Positions 8,273-14,982 of a stretch of DNA of 64,000 nt are shown here, piece by piece; position 1 is the stretch's first letter; each line of letters starts with the position of its first letter. The notes under the pieces were generated by a model. That model was not told the origin of the DNA, ran no database searches, and worked only from the letters and a program-made list of their open reading frames with translations. The position numbers and the translations under genes were made by a program. Origin of the DNA: an uncultured Bacteroidales bacterium (GTDB lineage Bacteria > Bacteroidota > Bacteroidia > Bacteroidales > WCHB1-69); contig ONHS01000001.1 of assembly GCA_900317715.1 (NCBI GenBank), forward strand, positions 18,316 through 82,315, in the 5' to 3' direction.

Positions 8273-9279
8273 CAGCTTGGAAAGATTTGAGCAGGGATGA
8301 GCAGGTGGCTGCTTTACAACAGGTTGCTGGAATGATGCATATCTCCCCACAGGCCGTGGAGAAAGACCTATGGGTGACTATCATTCTGCAAATGGTGTTC
8401 GCCTTGCCGTTTGCTGACAAATTAGTATTCAAAGGAGGCACTTCGCTGAGCAAGGTATTCGGGATGATTGAGCGTTTTTCAGAGGATATTGACTTGGCAA
8501 TTGACCGATCATATTTCGGGATAGAAGGTGATCTGACGAAAAAGCAACTTAAACGTTTGAGGAAACTGTCATCAACTTTTGTTCGTGATACTTTATTCAG
8601 CGAATTGAGGGATTCGTTGCATCATAATGGATTTGATGAGCTTGAGGTGAAAGCGGAACCAGACGGGGAGGGCGATGCCACCTATCCCGAACCCCGAAAG
8701 ATATTCATTGAATATCCGAGTTTATTTGGCGAGAGAAATGACTATCTCAAACCGAGAGTGATGTTAGAAGTGGGAGCTCGTTCCCTGTTTGAACCCACGA
8801 CAAAAGCACAAGTGAGCAGTTTGGTGGAACAGGCATTCCCTGATGTATGTTCTTCCGTGGTGAATCCGATGATAACCACAGCCGTTATAGAGAAAACGTT
8901 TTTGGAGAAGGCGTTCCTCTTGCACGAGCTGTTTTCCACCAATGCGGGAATACTGGCGAACAGGAAATCGAGACATCTCTATGATTTGGAGAAGATGATG
9001 GATCAGCCCTTTGCTGCGAAAGCTATTGGAAATGATGCGCTTTGGGAGACAATAAGCCATCACTGGCAGGTATTCACGAGTATGAGAGATGTGGACTATA
9101 CGCCGGATATTCGTGAACGCATAATGTTGGTGCCTCCCCAGAACTTAATGAAAGAATGGAAGGATGACTATGAAGCGATGCGGGGAACAATGGTTTTTGG
9201 TGCCTCGCTTGATTTTGAGGCACTGATGGAACGGATGGAGGAGTTGCAGAGGCGATTCAGAGTGAAAAACTCACTGTGA
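8269..9279 (+). CDS. nucleotidyltransferase AbiEii/AbiGii-family toxin, 336 aa
   Basis: EKDLWVTIILQ...FKGGTSLSKVFGMIERFSEDIDL is the characteristic AbiEii N-terminal nucleotidyltransferase signature. ATG 8269 overlaps the upstream TGA (ATGA). Confidence 0.85.
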   Translation: MTAWKDLSRDEQVAALQQVAGMMHISPQAVEKDLWVTIILQMVFALPFADKLVFKGGTSLSKVFGMIERFSEDIDLAIDRSYFGIEGDLTKKQLKRLRKLSSTFVRDTLFSELRDSLHHNGFDELEVKAEPDGEGDATYPEPRKIFIEYPSLFGERNDYLKPRVMLEVGARSLFEPTTKAQVSSLVEQAFPDVCSSVVNPMITTAVIEKTFLEKAFLLHELFSTNAGILANRKSRHLYDLEKMMDQPFAAKAIGNDALWETISHHWQVFTSMRDVDYTPDIRERIMLVPPQNLMKEWKDDYEAMRGTMVFGASLDFEALMERMEELQRRFRVKNSL

Positions 9280-9280
9280 G

Positions 9281-9349
9281 TGTAAATAACCATCCAAAGT
9301 GGTATACTTTTGAATGGCACTTTGGTATATTTTAACGTGGTTATTTACA
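9281..9349 (+). other. compound stem-loop directly after abiEii stop
   Basis: Outer 12-bp perfect stem tgtaaataacca (9281-9292) pairs with tggttatttaca (9338-9349). Inner 8-bp stem ccaaagtg (9294-9301) pairs with cactttgg (9318-9325). Confidence 0.55.
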
Positions 9350-9366
9350 ACCCATCACTTAACTCA

Positions 9367-9396
9367 TCATTTAGTTTATCATTTAGTTTATCATTT
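9367..9396. repeat. 12-nt tandem repeat tcatttagttta x2.5
   Basis: Read directly: tcatttagttta tcatttagttta tcattt. Confidence 0.7.
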
Positions 9397-9560
9397 CGAC
9401 TATCAGAAAATTCTTGAGTGAGGTGTTCTATATGTTGAGTCGGGCGACAAGATTGATACGGTCAGCAGCGGCATTCAAACCGTTTTCTACAAACAAAAAG
9501 AGCGACATTTTGAACAGATTGGGCAGACTCGGTGCATTTTTGGTGCATTTTTTTAGGTAT

Positions 9561-9600
9561 AAAAAAATCTCATAAGTCTGTTTGTCAATGACTTATGAGA
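9561..9600 (-). terminator. rho-independent terminator of tRNA-Ser
   Basis: 11-bp perfect stem tctcataagtc (9568-9578) pairs with gacttatgaga (9590-9600). A T7 run follows on the minus strand (9561-9567). Confidence 0.75.
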
Positions 9601-9609
9601 AAATGTCAG

Positions 9610-9694
9610 CGGAGAGAGAGGGATTCGAACCCCCGGAGGTGTGACCCTCAACGGTTTTCAAGACCGCCGCATTCGACCGCTCTGCCATCTCTCC
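9610..9694 (-). tRNA. tRNA-Ser (anticodon TGA)
   Basis: Reverse complement GGAGAGATGGCAGAGCGG...GGTCTTGAAAACC...GGTTCGAATCCCTCTCTCTCCG. It has a 7-bp acceptor stem, CT-TGA-AA anticodon loop, long variable arm and GTTCGAATC T-loop. Confidence 0.9.
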
Positions 9695-9706
9695 GTTTTG
9701 AGGCGG

Positions 9707-9714
9707 CAAAAATA
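9707..9714 (-). promoter_or_regulatory. -7 box TATTTTTG for tRNA-Ser
   Basis: The plus strand reads CAAAAATA, 13 nt from the tRNA 5' end. The spacing matches that of tRNA-Met. Confidence 0.6.
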
Positions 9715-9789
9715 GTATTTTTTTCGATACGAAACGCATGGGTGATTCGGAATTTCATTTTTCATCCCAATTTTGTTTAGATTGCTTTT

Positions 9790-9877
9790 GGCTGTTGGCT
9801 TTTAGCTATTGGCTTTCGGCTATAAGTGGCTAATAGTCAACGGGAAAAGGCAATAGGGAATAGGCAATAGGGAATTG
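9790..9877 (-). repeat. heptamer STR block R1 (families D and E)
   Basis: Plus strand reads ggctgttggcttttagctattggctttcggctataagtggctaatag ... gcaatagggaataggcaatagggaat. The 7-nt period is visible. Confidence 0.75.
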
Positions 9878-9883
9878 CTAAAG

Positions 9884-10651
9884 TTATTGCTTTTTTGTGA
9901 TAAATCCTGCTTCGGAGATGTCGTAAACGTCCGATAAGTTGAAACAATTTCGGATATTTTCTTCGGTTAAGACCGCATTGCTGTCACCAAAATGGAGCGC
10001 ATTTCCACTCTTCAGCAATAGCACCTGCTTGGAGTATGATTTCGCAATCGGCAGGTCGTGCAGAATGATGAGCACCGTGACCTGCTGCTCCTCATTCAAC
10101 TGCTGCAAAATGTCCATGATCTCGAATTTGTGCGTGACATCGATGTTCGACAACGGTTCGTCCAACAGCATGATACCCGTCTGTTGCGCCATAGCACGGG
10201 CGATCATCACCCGCTGGCGCTCACCGCCGCTCAACGACTGCAACAAGGTGTCTCTGTAGTGCCATACGTTGCATTTTTGTAACATTTCCTCCACAATCTC
10301 CTTGTCTTCAGCACGTTGCATTTCCCACGGAGTCTGATATGGATTGCGCCCCAACATCACATAGTCGAACACGGAAATGTCGAACACAATATCCTGATAC
10401 TGCGGTACATACGCAATCTTTCTCGCCAAATCCATCATCTTGTACTCTGGCAGAGATTTCCCGTCCAGTATGATTGTGCCGCCGCTCGGTTGTAACAACC
10501 CCACGATACACTTCAGCAATGTGGTCTTGCCGGAACCGTTCGGACCTAATATCGAACAGAAGCCGCCTTGCGGGAAGCTAACAGACAAGTCGTTGAAAAT
10601 CATGCGGTTGTCGTAGGCGAATGTCAGATCGTTTATGCTGATACAGTCCAT
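9884..10651 (-). CDS. ABC transporter ATP-binding protein (FecE/FepC/BtuD-like), 255 aa
   Basis: Walker A GPNGSGKTT, signature LSGGERQR and Walker B MLLDEPLSNID. The overall pattern is that of iron-siderophore/cobalamin importer ATPases. Confidence 0.9.
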   Translation of the reverse strand: MDCISINDLTFAYDNRMIFNDLSVSFPQGGFCSILGPNGSGKTTLLKCIVGLLQPSGGTIILDGKSLPEYKMMDLARKIAYVPQYQDIVFDISVFDYVMLGRNPYQTPWEMQRAEDKEIVEEMLQKCNVWHYRDTLLQSLSGGERQRVMIARAMAQQTGIMLLDEPLSNIDVTHKFEIMDILQQLNEEQQVTVLIILHDLPIAKSYSKQVLLLKSGNALHFGDSNAVLTEENIRNCFNLSDVYDISEAGFITKKQ

Positions 10652-10810
10652 GTTTCAAGTTTCAAGTTTCAGGTTTCAGGTTTCAAGTTTCAGGTTTCAA
10701 GGATCAAGGATCAAAGTTCAAAGTTCAAAGTTAATGGTTTTTAGGTATCAAGTTTTAAGTCTCAAGTCTCACGTCTTAAGTCTCAAGTCTTACGTCTTAC
10801 GTCACACGTC
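10652..10810 (-). repeat. heptamer STR block R2 (sense order A then B)
   Basis: Fills the whole mutL-stop to ABC-start spacer. Plus strand reads gtttcaa/gtttcag x7, ggatcaa x2, agttcaa x2 ... gtctcaa/gtcttac/gtcacac units. Confidence 0.9.
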
Positions 10811-12676
10811 TCACTCGAAATAACGCCGTAATTCTTCTGCGCTGAAGATATGTAACGTGGTTTTTCCCGAGGGCGATAGAGTGGGCATGTCGCTTTCGAA
10901 CAATCTGCGTATCAGCGCTTTCACCTCTTCTTGCGTGCTTGGGACACGCTGGCGGGAGCGTTTTTGACGGGCCAGGCTTTGCGCGATGCCGGAGATTTTG
11001 TCGCCTTTGTGTATCACTTGGTTGGTTTGGTATGCGGAAAGTACGTTTTCGATAAGTGCTTGGACGTCACCTTCTTCCTCTTCGTCGTTAGGGGTGGCGT
11101 TGACCGCAATATGGGTGCTGTCCATCTTCTCCAAATCGTAACCTAATCGCAGGAAATCCTCCTTCAGCGACATGGCCAAATCCGTTTGTGCAGCGGTGAG
11201 GGTGACGGTTTGCGGGAATAGACTCTGCTGAGGTCGTATCGGGGTGTTTTTCAGCGCGTTGACATAAGATTCGTACAAGATACGCTCTTGTACATTGGGT
11301 AGGTCGGCTGTCATTACCTGACCGTTCAGTTCGAAGAAGAGATAGCGGCCACCGAAGACGAAGAAGGGAATGTTTTCGGGGATTTCGAGCTCGTTTTTCT
11401 CACTTTCCGTCTGGAAATCAACCGTTTGCTGTTTTTCTTTCGGGTATTCCACCTTCTCCACATTCAACTCTTTCAGGAAGTTCTCCCAATCGTTGGAGGT
11501 GGGTGTCTCGCGACGGAAATTGCCGCCGCCAAACTGCTGGAACGGGGAACTATGCTTCTTTTCCGGCACTTTGTCGAAGGGATTGTAGTTCGGGTTCGTT
11601 CGGATGGTGGGAGCAATAATCTCCTTGTTTTCAGGACGATCCGTGATGATGTCGGGGAAGGAGTCGTCGAAGTCGATCATCGGGGTGAGCGACATGGTGC
11701 CGAGGGCTTTCTTCACCGTGGAGTTGAGGAAACCAAAGAAGAGGCGTTCGTCTTGCAGTTTCACTTCCACTTTGGTGGGACTGACGTTCACGTCGATGTT
11801 GGCGGGGTCTATTTCCAGAGCGATGAAGTAGGCGGGGTGGGAGCCTTGTGGGATGAGGTCGGCGTAGGCCTTCTCGACGGCGAAATTGAGCAGGTTGTGG
11901 CGCACATAACGGTGGTTGACGAACATGTATTGTTCGCTTTTCCGTTTGGCGTTTTCGGGCTTGGCGATGAAGCCGGTGATGCGCATCAGTTCGTGGTCGA
12001 GTTCCACGGGGAAGAGTTTGTCGTTGAAATGCTGGCCGAAGATGTTGACGATGCGTTGCCGCATGTTGGAGGCGGGTAGCATGAGGATGAGCTTGCCATT
12101 GTGGTAGTATTGGAAGGAGATGTCGTAATGGATGAGAGCAACGCGGTAGAGCTCCTCCTCAATATGGGTGAGTTCCACCTTGTCGGATTTGAGGAAGTTG
12201 CGACGGGCGGGCACGTTGAAGAAGAGGTTTTGAACGGCAATGGAGGTGCCGTCAGACGCAGTGACGGGCGCATGTTCTTTGATGTCAGCCCCTTCAATGC
12301 GGACGAGGGTGCCCATTTCGTCGGCGGCGGGCTTGGTTTTGAGCTCCACGTGCGCGATCGCCGCGATGGAGGCGAGGGCTTCGCCGCGGAATCCTTTGGT
12401 GGAGATGTGGAACAGGTCGTCGGCTTTCCTCAGCTTAGAGGTGGCGTGCCGTTCGAAGCAGAGACGCGCGTCGTTGAATGACATGCCCTTGCCGTTGTCG
12501 ATGACTTGGATCAGGGTCTTGCCGGCGTCTTTCACCACCAGTTGGATGTTGGTTGCCCCAGCATCGATGGCGTTCTCCAGTAATTCTTTCACGACGGAGG
12601 CGGGGCGTTGCACCACTTCACCGGCCGCGATTTGGTTCGCCACCGCATCGGGCAGCAGTCGGATAATGTCTTCCAT
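10811..12676 (-). CDS. mutL: DNA mismatch repair protein MutL, 621 aa
   Basis: N-terminal GHKL ATPase signature LPDAVANQIAAGEVVQRPASVVKELLENAIDAGA with a typical C-terminal dimerisation region. Confidence 0.95.
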   Translation of the reverse strand: MEDIIRLLPDAVANQIAAGEVVQRPASVVKELLENAIDAGATNIQLVVKDAGKTLIQVIDNGKGMSFNDARLCFERHATSKLRKADDLFHISTKGFRGEALASIAAIAHVELKTKPAADEMGTLVRIEGADIKEHAPVTASDGTSIAVQNLFFNVPARRNFLKSDKVELTHIEEELYRVALIHYDISFQYYHNGKLILMLPASNMRQRIVNIFGQHFNDKLFPVELDHELMRITGFIAKPENAKRKSEQYMFVNHRYVRHNLLNFAVEKAYADLIPQGSHPAYFIALEIDPANIDVNVSPTKVEVKLQDERLFFGFLNSTVKKALGTMSLTPMIDFDDSFPDIITDRPENKEIIAPTIRTNPNYNPFDKVPEKKHSSPFQQFGGGNFRRETPTSNDWENFLKELNVEKVEYPKEKQQTVDFQTESEKNELEIPENIPFFVFGGRYLFFELNGQVMTADLPNVQERILYESYVNALKNTPIRPQQSLFPQTVTLTAAQTDLAMSLKEDFLRLGYDLEKMDSTHIAVNATPNDEEEEGDVQALIENVLSAYQTNQVIHKGDKISGIAQSLARQKRSRQRVPSTQEEVKALIRRLFESDMPTLSPSGKTTLHIFSAEELRRYFE

Positions 12677-12769
12677 AGGTTAAAAGGTTTAGAGTTTAAG
12701 GTTTAGGGTTTAGAGTTTAGAGTTTAGAGTTTAGGGGATAAAGGTTGGAAGGTTAGGGGTTAGGGGTTA
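12677..12769 (-). repeat. heptamer STR block R3 (family C only, G-free on sense strand)
   Basis: Plus strand reads ggtttag/agtttag/ggttagg units from the mutL ATG to, and including, the upstream stop codon. Confidence 0.9.
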
Positions 12770-13009
12770 GAAGAATTTCCAGAGGATGAGGGCGAGTACG
12801 ATGGCAAAGAAAATCATGAAGAGAATGGTGATGGAAGAGTTGTTCTTCTTGTCGGAGGTGTGGTTGCGTTTGCTTTGCCATTCCTCGTGCAGGTTGCGGG
12901 CGAAATCGCGGCGTGCGTCGCCTGTGGATTCCTCCTTCTTCGGGTCGTAGAAGCGAGGTTTGTAGTTGAACTGTCTGGGTTCTCTGTTGTTGAAAAACGT
13001 GAATGCCAT
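12767..13009 (-). CDS. small C-terminally membrane-anchored protein, about 80 aa
   Basis: ORF with C-terminal TM helix ITILFMIFFAIVLALILWKFF. Start set to the second ATG (13009) because a -7 box lies at 13028-13035. Confidence 0.4.
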   Translation of the reverse strand: MAFTFFNNREPRQFNYKPRFYDPKKEESTGDARRDFARNLHEEWQSKRNHTSDKKNNSSITILFMIFFAIVLALILWKFF

Positions 13010-13027
13010 AACTTTGAATTTTGTTTG

Positions 13028-13035
13028 CAAAAGTA
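13028..13035 (-). promoter_or_regulatory. -7 box TACTTTTG
   Basis: Plus strand reads CAAAAGTA, 19 nt upstream of ATG 13009. Confidence 0.45.
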
Positions 13036-13090
13036 CTATTTTTTTCGGTTAGTGTGAGGTGAAGAAAAAACTTATCGTTCCTTGGGTTCT

Positions 13091-14167
13091 TTATCTAGTG
13101 AAGTAGATGTTGATTTTTCCTGTTATGCCCTCTGGAGACTGTATACATTCGCCTACCTTGAACGAAGACCATTCAACAGAGTGAAAATATGTAAGACCGA
13201 CCAATGGCGTCCGATTTTGTTCGTCGGGAACTATCCATATATCGATAGTTTTTACTTCGTCCACCAACCACGCTGGAATGGTGCACCGTGTTTTCCACTT
13301 ATCGTAGGACATGTCACAGACGATTTCAAAAGCATCACGCTGTTCCTTGATATGCAGTTCTTTCAAAGGAATAGGATGCCCGCAAAACCTTACTTCACTG
13401 ACTTTTTCAGAGAAAGGGACGGGCTCGGATGGTATGTCGGCCAGTTTCCGCCAGTCGGCAATCACCGTTCGGATGATGGGCATCTTATCGACAATAAGAC
13501 GTATGTTACGTTCCCGAACAGCCTTTTCTACAGTTTTGTGGATAGCGTAGAAGTGCTGTACATTGCGGATGGTGTCATCAGAGCAGTTACAATGATAACC
13601 ACTGGAAAATGGATAGTGGCTTACATCGAAGAATTCCCTGATGGGAGCGTCTAGGACAGGCGGTACATCACTCACGGTGGTGTCCATGCGGGCGGTCAGG
13701 ATCGCCAAACGGTACATCTCCGACAAGGCAATTCCGATGCTGTCGGGCAAGCGGAGCGTAAATTGTTGCATTTTCACCTTGCCTATTGGCTCAAAGAATA
13801 AGCAACCGTTTTTATCCTTCATGGGGGAACCGTCCGGATTATGACGGACTTTCCAAAGCGGGAACGGGGCTTTGCACTCTCGGAGCACGAGCTTGTGGGT
13901 CTTATGGTGATAGGAATATCCATAGTCGGTGCCTTCAATGCCTGGTGTGAAAAGGAATGCGAAATCGTAGTCTTGGTCCCCAAAAATCCGCGCCTGTCTG
14001 ATAGAATCCCATCGGAAAAACAACACCTCAGGGTCTCCTTGCTTCCATTCACGAGTCTTGAAGGCTCGCTGCGCGTAAAGTGTCTGTGCTACAGTGAGGA
14101 TCAAGCAGGTGATAACCAGCGCGACGCAAAGTGCAGGACTGTTCGGACGTTTTTCGGTAGGCTCCAT
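13091..14167 (-). CDS. hypothetical exported/membrane-anchored protein, 358 aa
   Basis: Long intact ORF with an N-terminal hydrophobic segment LCVALVITCLILTVAQTLYAQ. No family recognised. Confidence 0.55.
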   Translation of the reverse strand: MEPTEKRPNSPALCVALVITCLILTVAQTLYAQRAFKTREWKQGDPEVLFFRWDSIRQARIFGDQDYDFAFLFTPGIEGTDYGYSYHHKTHKLVLRECKAPFPLWKVRHNPDGSPMKDKNGCLFFEPIGKVKMQQFTLRLPDSIGIALSEMYRLAILTARMDTTVSDVPPVLDAPIREFFDVSHYPFSSGYHCNCSDDTIRNVQHFYAIHKTVEKAVRERNIRLIVDKMPIIRTVIADWRKLADIPSEPVPFSEKVSEVRFCGHPIPLKELHIKEQRDAFEIVCDMSYDKWKTRCTIPAWLVDEVKTIDIWIVPDEQNRTPLVGLTYFHSVEWSSFKVGECIQSPEGITGKINIYFTR

Positions 14168-14187
14168 TGTTTTGTCAAAAGAAAATG

Positions 14188-14195
14188 CAAAGATA
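14188..14195 (-). promoter_or_regulatory. -7 box TATCTTTG
   Basis: Plus strand reads CAAAGATA, 21 nt upstream of ATG 14167. Confidence 0.55.
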
Positions 14196-14305
14196 CATTT
14201 TTAGCGATATGCTTTGTCTGATTCTGTGATGAGAGTTGCCAGTGGCACGCAACTACCAAACAAAATCAATAAAATTCAAAACTTGACTTATATATCAATT
14301 ATTTG

Positions 14306-14313
14306 TACCTTTG
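14306..14313 (+). promoter_or_regulatory. -7 box TACCTTTG upstream of the XRE gene
   Basis: Matches TAnnTTTG, 52 nt before ATG 14365. Confidence 0.5.
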
Positions 14314-14364
14314 CCGCGTCGATGAGAAAGAACTTCACGGCGCCGACCAAATTACTTTCGAGAT

Positions 14365-14634
14365 ATGAACAACAAACAAGAATGGTTTAAGTCAAAGGTG
14401 GAAAAAGTTTCACCTGAAATCATGGCTGAAGTGCAGTTGTCGGCGGGCATCATTGCACGAATAGACAAGATTCTCAAAGAAAAGCACATGTCCCAGCGGG
14501 ATCTCGCCCGTAAAATGGGAAAAGATGAAGCTGTGGTATCACGCTGGATTACAGGATTCCCGAACTTCACCCTGCGCACACTTTCTCAAATATCCGTAGC
14601 TCTCGGCGAACCCCTTATCCGGCTGGCAGAATAA
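14365..14634 (+). CDS. XRE-family helix-turn-helix transcriptional regulator, 89 aa
   Basis: HMSQRDLARKMGKDEAVVSRWITG is a classic HTH_3/Cro-C1 motif. Confidence 0.75.
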   Translation: MNNKQEWFKSKVEKVSPEIMAEVQLSAGIIARIDKILKEKHMSQRDLARKMGKDEAVVSRWITGFPNFTLRTLSQISVALGEPLIRLAE

Positions 14635-14789
14635 CTGTAAAGCGCTTTTTAAGTGGTTATTCCTCAAAACATTCTCAACACTTAAGCATTGGATCAACCC
14701 ATTCTTACTTTGGTTTGTTGTATATTTCTTTGATAACTATACACTTATATAAAATTTTCACTTTCTGGTCGCACTATCAAAAAAAAGTG

Positions 14790-14797
14790 TATTTTTG
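14790..14797 (+). promoter_or_regulatory. -7 box TATTTTTG for tRNA-Met
   Basis: 14 nt upstream of the tRNA 5' end. Confidence 0.6.
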
Positions 14798-14810
14798 CAA
14801 CCTCAAAAAA

Positions 14811-14884
14811 GGCGGGGTAGCTCAGTTGGTTAGAGCGTCGGATTCATAACCCGGAGGTCTCGAGTTCAACTCTCGATCCCGCCA
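14811..14884 (+). tRNA. tRNA with CAT anticodon (elongator Met, or Ile2-lysidine; not an initiator)
   Basis: GGCGGGGTAGCTCAGTTGGTTAGAGC...TT-CAT-AA...GAGTTCAACTCTCGATCCCGCCA. G1-C72 is paired, so it is not an initiator. Confidence 0.85.
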
Positions 14885-14888
14885 CTGA

Positions 14889-14919
14889 AAGCGGTACAGA
14901 ATTCTGTGCCGCTTTTTTT
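14889..14919 (+). terminator. rho-independent terminator after tRNA-Met
   Basis: 11-bp stem aagcggtacag / ctgtgccgctt (one G-U pair), 4-nt loop, then T7. Confidence 0.75.
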
Positions 14920-14937
14920 GTCCTTTTGAAAAAAATG

Positions 14938-14945
14938 TATTTTTG
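14938..14945 (+). promoter_or_regulatory. -7 box TATTTTTG upstream of the SpoIIE-type gene
   Basis: Matches TAnnTTTG, 38 nt before GTG 14983. Confidence 0.55.
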
Positions 14946-14982
14946 CACTTGATAAAAGGGTGTCAAATCAAAATTAGCTTCT

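Noticed and set aside
940-9279. A complete type I restriction-modification system.
   Set aside because: Only the R-like subunit is present. No methyltransferase motifs (for example NPPF/NPPY with an AdoMet-binding FxGxG) and no HsdS-like two-TRD protein are found in any frame of the island.
1-9610. Defined integrative element with att sites and an integrase.
   Set aside because: No integrase or recombinase ORF is present, and I found no second copy of the tRNA-Ser 3' segment (ggattcgaaccc...) in the window. Only adjacency to the tRNA and compositional hints support island status.
10635-10823. ORF-track entry encoding MLIQSMFQVSSFRFQVSSFRFQ... (similarly 36714-36920 minus, RHTSHVTRHTSHV...).
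   Set aside because: These are pure translations of the stop-free antisense strand of family A/B heptamer arrays. They have low-complexity periodic peptides and lie antisense to the local transcription direction.
12677-12769. TTTAGGG-type units (ggtttagggtttaggg) resemble plant-type telomere repeats, which could suggest eukaryotic contamination or a linear replicon end.
   Set aside because: The arrays are under 100 nt and embedded between intact bacterial genes (mutL and others). They are mixed with non-telomeric heptamers and recur at many internal loci, so they belong to the intergenic heptamer system.
14811-14884. Initiator tRNA-fMet assignment for the CAT-anticodon tRNA.
   Set aside because: Position 1-72 is a G-C pair and the anticodon stem has GGA rather than GGG opposite CCC. 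It is therefore called elongator Met or Ile2(CAT), unresolved.
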